This document shows, in pieces, positions 60,854-64,000 of a DNA stretch of 64,000 bases (position 1 is its first letter; every line of letters starts with the position of its first letter). The stretch is from Myxococcota bacterium (lineage in GTDB: Bacteria > Myxococcota_A > UBA9160 > UBA6930). The notes below the pieces were generated by a model. That model did not search any database and had not been told where the DNA came from. It worked only from the letters and a program-made list of their open reading frames with translations. Where the stretch lies: NCBI GenBank assembly GCA_965223705.1, contig OZ245015.1, positions 258,582 through 322,581 of the forward strand. Direction: 5' to 3'. Position numbers and translations under genes: made by a program.

Positions 60854-62761
60854 TTACGATGAGCTCCCGAGAGACTCGCGCAATTCCTCGAGCTCGCTCC
60901 ACCGCTCGTAAGCGGCTTCGAGCTCGGCGGCTAGAGCCGTGACCCGATCGTGCACCTGCGCCTGGTCCTCGGCGCTGCCCTCGTAGAAGGAAGGTTCGCT
61001 CAACCGGGCGACGAGTTCTCGGTGTTCGGCCTCTAGCCTTTCGATGCGTTCGGGAAGCTGCTCGAGTTCACGCGCGGCCTTGAATCCGAGCTTCGTGGGT
61101 TTGCTCGCCTTCTTCGTCGGTTCTTTCGGCGTGCGCGCGGTGGGATCCGCAGCGGCGACCGCTTCCACCGGGCGCGTACGCAACCAATCGGAGTAGCCGC
61201 CGACGTATTCCCGCACCCGGCCCTCCCCCTCGAACACGAGCGTCGAAGTCACCACGTTGTCGAGAAACGCCCGGTCGTGGGAGACGAGAAGGACCGTTCC
61301 GCTGTACTCGGCGAGGAGTTCTTCAAGAAGTTCGAGGGTTTCCAGATCGAGATCGTTTGTCGGCTCGTCGAGTACGAGCAGGTTCGCGGGTTTCGCGAAG
61401 AGCTGGGCGAGGAGAACCCGATTCTGCTCACCGCCGGAGAGTGCCTTCACTGGGGTGCGAGCCCGCTCTGGACTGAAGAGAAAATCCTGCAGGTAGCCGA
61501 TGACGTGTCGCCGCGCGCCGCCGATCTCGATGAACTCGGCACCCCCGGCGATGTTGTCCGCGACCGAGCGTTCGAAGTCCAACGAAGCGCGCAGTTGATC
61601 GTAATAGGCGACCTCGAGCTTTGTGCCGAGATGAATGTCGCCGGAACTGGGTTCGAGCTGCCCTAGAAGTAAACGCAAGAGCGTGGTCTTTCCGACGCCG
61701 TTCGGTCCGACCAGCCCGACGCGGTCGCCGCGCATGATGCGCATCGAAAAATCCCGGACGACCGGTGGTTCGCCTTCCCCCCATGAGAAAGAGACGCTTC
61801 GAGCATCGGCCACGAGCTTGCCCGATGTGCGTCCCTCGTCGAGGGAGAGGCGAACGTCACCCTCGACTTCGCGGCGGCGCTTTCGCTCTTCCCGCAGTTT
61901 GAGGAGTGCGCGCACACGCCCCTCGTTGCGGGTCCGCCTCGCTTTGATGCCCTGTCGGATCCACGCTTCTTCCTGTGCGAGCTTCTTGTCGAACACGGCG
62001 GCGTGACGCGCTTCTTCCGCCAACGCCGCGGCTTTCTTTTTCAGGTAAGCCTCATAGTCGCCCGGCCACGAAGTGAGCACGCCGCGATCGAGCTCGACGA
62101 TGCGTGTCGCCAAGCGCTTGAGAAGCGCTCGGTCATGGGTGACGAAGAGCACGCCGCCGCGCAGGGTCAGCAGCTGCTCTTCCAGCCACTGGATGACCTC
62201 GATGTCGAGGTGGTTCGTCGGTTCGTCGAGCAGCAAGAGATCGGGTTCGCGGACCAACGCCTGGGCGAGAGAGACGCGTCGTCGCCAACCCCCCGACAGC
62301 TCCGCAACACGTGTGTCGGCGGGGAGCTCGAGCCTCGCAATCATCTGATCGACGCGCTGGTTGCGGCTCCAACCGTTACAGGCATCGATCTCGTGCTGGA
62401 GACGCTCGAGCTCTTTCATCGCCGAAGCGTCGTCCGTTACCGCCAGGGATACGCGGTGAAACTCCGCGAGCAACTGGCCGATGTCGGCCAACCCCGCCGC
62501 GACGACGTCGAACACCGTGGCGGCAGCGTCCGCCGGGAGCTCCTGCGCGAGGCGTGCGACGACGAGCTCAGGCTGGCGCCACACCTCGCCGGCATCGGGC
62601 TGCACCGATCCGTCGACGAGTTTGAGGAGGGTCGATTTGCCCGCGCCATTGCGTCCGATCAGGCAGACCCGCTCGCCCGCGTCGACCTGGAACTCGACTT
62701 CGTGGAGGAGGGGATGTTGCCCGAAAGAGATCGAGACGCGGTCGAAACTGACGAGGGGCAT
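60854..62761 (-). CDS. uup: ABC-F family ATPase (Uup-like) with C-terminal coiled-coil
   Basis: Two ABC cassettes (GRNGAGKST / LSGGWRRRVSLA; GPNGVGKTT / LSGGEQNRVLLA), no TM domain, and a C-terminal LEAEHRELVARL coiled coil. Confidence 0.9.
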   Translation of the reverse strand: MPLVSFDRVSISFGQHPLLHEVEFQVDAGERVCLIGRNGAGKSTLLKLVDGSVQPDAGEVWRQPELVVARLAQELPADAAATVFDVVAAGLADIGQLLAEFHRVSLAVTDDASAMKELERLQHEIDACNGWSRNQRVDQMIARLELPADTRVAELSGGWRRRVSLAQALVREPDLLLLDEPTNHLDIEVIQWLEEQLLTLRGGVLFVTHDRALLKRLATRIVELDRGVLTSWPGDYEAYLKKKAAALAEEARHAAVFDKKLAQEEAWIRQGIKARRTRNEGRVRALLKLREERKRRREVEGDVRLSLDEGRTSGKLVADARSVSFSWGEGEPPVVRDFSMRIMRGDRVGLVGPNGVGKTTLLRLLLGQLEPSSGDIHLGTKLEVAYYDQLRASLDFERSVADNIAGGAEFIEIGGARRHVIGYLQDFLFSPERARTPVKALSGGEQNRVLLAQLFAKPANLLVLDEPTNDLDLETLELLEELLAEYSGTVLLVSHDRAFLDNVVTSTLVFEGEGRVREYVGGYSDWLRTRPVEAVAAADPTARTPKEPTKKASKPTKLGFKAARELEQLPERIERLEAEHRELVARLSEPSFYEGSAEDQAQVHDRVTALAAELEAAYERWSELEELRESLGSSS

Positions 62762-62776
62762 CGGTTCTGCGGGCGG

Positions 62777-63847
62777 TCAGTCCGAACCGGGTACTTCGCA
62801 GGCTTGATCGAGATCGATCTCGACGGTCACCGCGCGGTTGCGATGAGGCCCGGCACACCACGTCGGAATGGCTACGGAATAGAGCCCGCCGCCCCCCGCG
62901 ACAGCAACCAGGACGTCGTCGGGTGAGTGGAAGCACCGAACGACGTCGCGGACCTTGCCGATGCCGATCGCTCCCGTGCGCGCGAGGTCTTCGGCGGTGT
63001 TCTCGGCCCGCTCGTAGATCGCCTGCGCAACGGATTCACGCGTCAAACCGACGCTCGCAAGCACGTTCGCATGCGAGGGGTTGAGCAGGACCATCGCCGC
63101 ACCGCCTGAAAGCGCGGCGTTGTTCGTAGCGGCGTTTGCGAACGCACCGGCGAGAGACGTGAGGAACCGGTCGGCGCTCTCCGAGTCCCCGTGCTCGAGC
63201 ACTCCGATGACGGAGTGAGGCGCTTCACCGCCCATCACGGTGACGGTCGACTGTTCTGCGCTGAAACCCCGCGCGACGTGAAACGGTGGAAAAGGGCTTT
63301 CTTCCTCGGCTTCCGCCAAGCAGTACGTGAACTTTCCCGGGTGACCCAGCAGCGCCATATCCGACGTGCCGGGCCGACCGCCCCCGATGTTGATCATCGC
63401 AAGTCGTAACGCCCGGCCGATCGAGGCGTTGGCACGGTGGCCTGGACCGAGCGCGCCGTAGCCCGACGCGATCCCGCCGCACCACGAACGCGCGGGGCCG
63501 TTCACCAGGATAAAGGGCGCCGTGTCGTGGGTGGTGGCCTGCATTTCCGTCAAATCGAACTCGGGGTCCATGATGGCGCGCGCGGCGGCGAGAACGACCG
63601 GCATATGATCCGGCGTGCAACCTGCCATCACCGCGGCGATCGCTAATTTTTCGACGCTGCAGGCGCCGAGCGCGGGGCCCATCTCGCCGAGTACAAGGTC
63701 GCCATCGAGGAGACTTGCGAGGATCATGCGCTCGACCCGCGCTTCGGTCGGGATCACGACCGGCAGCCCGTCGGTGCAGGCCATCTCGTGCAGTTCCTCG
63801 AGAGCAGACGCCTCGTCGACGGCCTTGCGCCGCGCGCTCGCAATCAC
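62777..63847 (-). CDS. Conserved-looking hypothetical protein, no family recognised
   Basis: 356 aa with protein-like composition. The GTG start overlaps the upstream stop (GTGA at 63844-63847). Confidence 0.6.
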   Translation of the reverse strand: MIASARRKAVDEASALEELHEMACTDGLPVVIPTEARVERMILASLLDGDLVLGEMGPALGACSVEKLAIAAVMAGCTPDHMPVVLAAARAIMDPEFDLTEMQATTHDTAPFILVNGPARSWCGGIASGYGALGPGHRANASIGRALRLAMINIGGGRPGTSDMALLGHPGKFTYCLAEAEEESPFPPFHVARGFSAEQSTVTVMGGEAPHSVIGVLEHGDSESADRFLTSLAGAFANAATNNAALSGGAAMVLLNPSHANVLASVGLTRESVAQAIYERAENTAEDLARTGAIGIGKVRDVVRCFHSPDDVLVAVAGGGGLYSVAIPTWCAGPHRNRAVTVEIDLDQACEVPGSD

Positions 63848-64000
63848 GACGTCCCCTGAAACGCAGCGAGGATCTCGGGCTGGATGTCGCGCGCCACGCG
63901 CGTGTGCGCTTCGGCGCCGGTTCCGGCGACGGGATGGGGCAAACGGATGCGCGGGATGGCCGGCATGCCGACGGACCGCGCGATGAAGTTGCCCTGTTCG
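63844..64000 (-). CDS. 3' end of a gene truncated by the window edge (C-terminus ...NFIARSVGMPAIPRIRLPHPVAGTGAEAHTRVARDIQPEILAAFQGTS)
   Basis: The frame is open to the window edge on the minus strand, and the stop is coupled to the next gene. From memory the C-terminal pattern resembles UGSC-family (seleno)proteins, but the diagnostic motif would lie outside the window. Confidence 0.45.
   Translation of the reverse strand, partial: EQGNFIARSVGMPAIPRIRLPHPVAGTGAEAHTRVARDIQPEILAAFQGTS

Overview
The window is a visibly GC-rich bacterial chromosomal segment with dense coding and many 4-nt start/stop overlaps (ATGA, GTGA, TTGA). I found no transposase, integrase, CRISPR array or rRNA.

Roughly 0-35 kb is housekeeping. 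It holds a minus-strand rng-rplU-rpmA-obg-proB-proA-nadD-rsfS-comF block and a plus-strand selA-HNH-MinD-like-J/HTH-rluD-pgeF block. These are followed by rho, prfA-prmC fused onto hisD-hisB-hisH-(lipoprotein)-hisA-hisF, and then rpsU-dnaG-rpoD. The 5' end carries a thiol-redox cluster: plant-type glutamate-cysteine ligase next to a glutaredoxin-thioredoxin reductase fusion.

Roughly 35-64 kb is more accessory:
- an AICAR-transformylase-only PurH homologue
- amidohydrolase, LLM and TauE genes
- an outer-membrane barrel, methyltransferase, SGNH and LuxR cluster
- one tRNA (CAT anticodon)
- an Ldh_2, amidohydrolase_2 and MBL operon
- an RND/MMPL exporter
- an ABC-F ATPase

The strongest finding is an in-frame TGA at 45694-45696 (minus strand). 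It joins two ORFs into one thioredoxin-fold (AhpC/TSA PRX_like2-type) protein, and the stop sits exactly at the first Cys of the FYRGxW-C-xx-C motif. I read this as a likely unannotated U-P-P-C selenoprotein, membrane-anchored and co-transcribed with a lipoprotein. The selenocysteine synthase gene selA lies in the same window.

Other notable items:
- a 30-bp triplication across the hisH stop and lipoprotein start
- a 33-bp coding tandem repeat in the RNase E/G tail
- a PAS-DHp-REC protein with no ATPase domain
- a ~560-bp non-coding spacer between rng and selA
- a possible UGSC-type gene fragment at the 3' edge of the window

All calls come from reading the sequence and translations. No database search was run.
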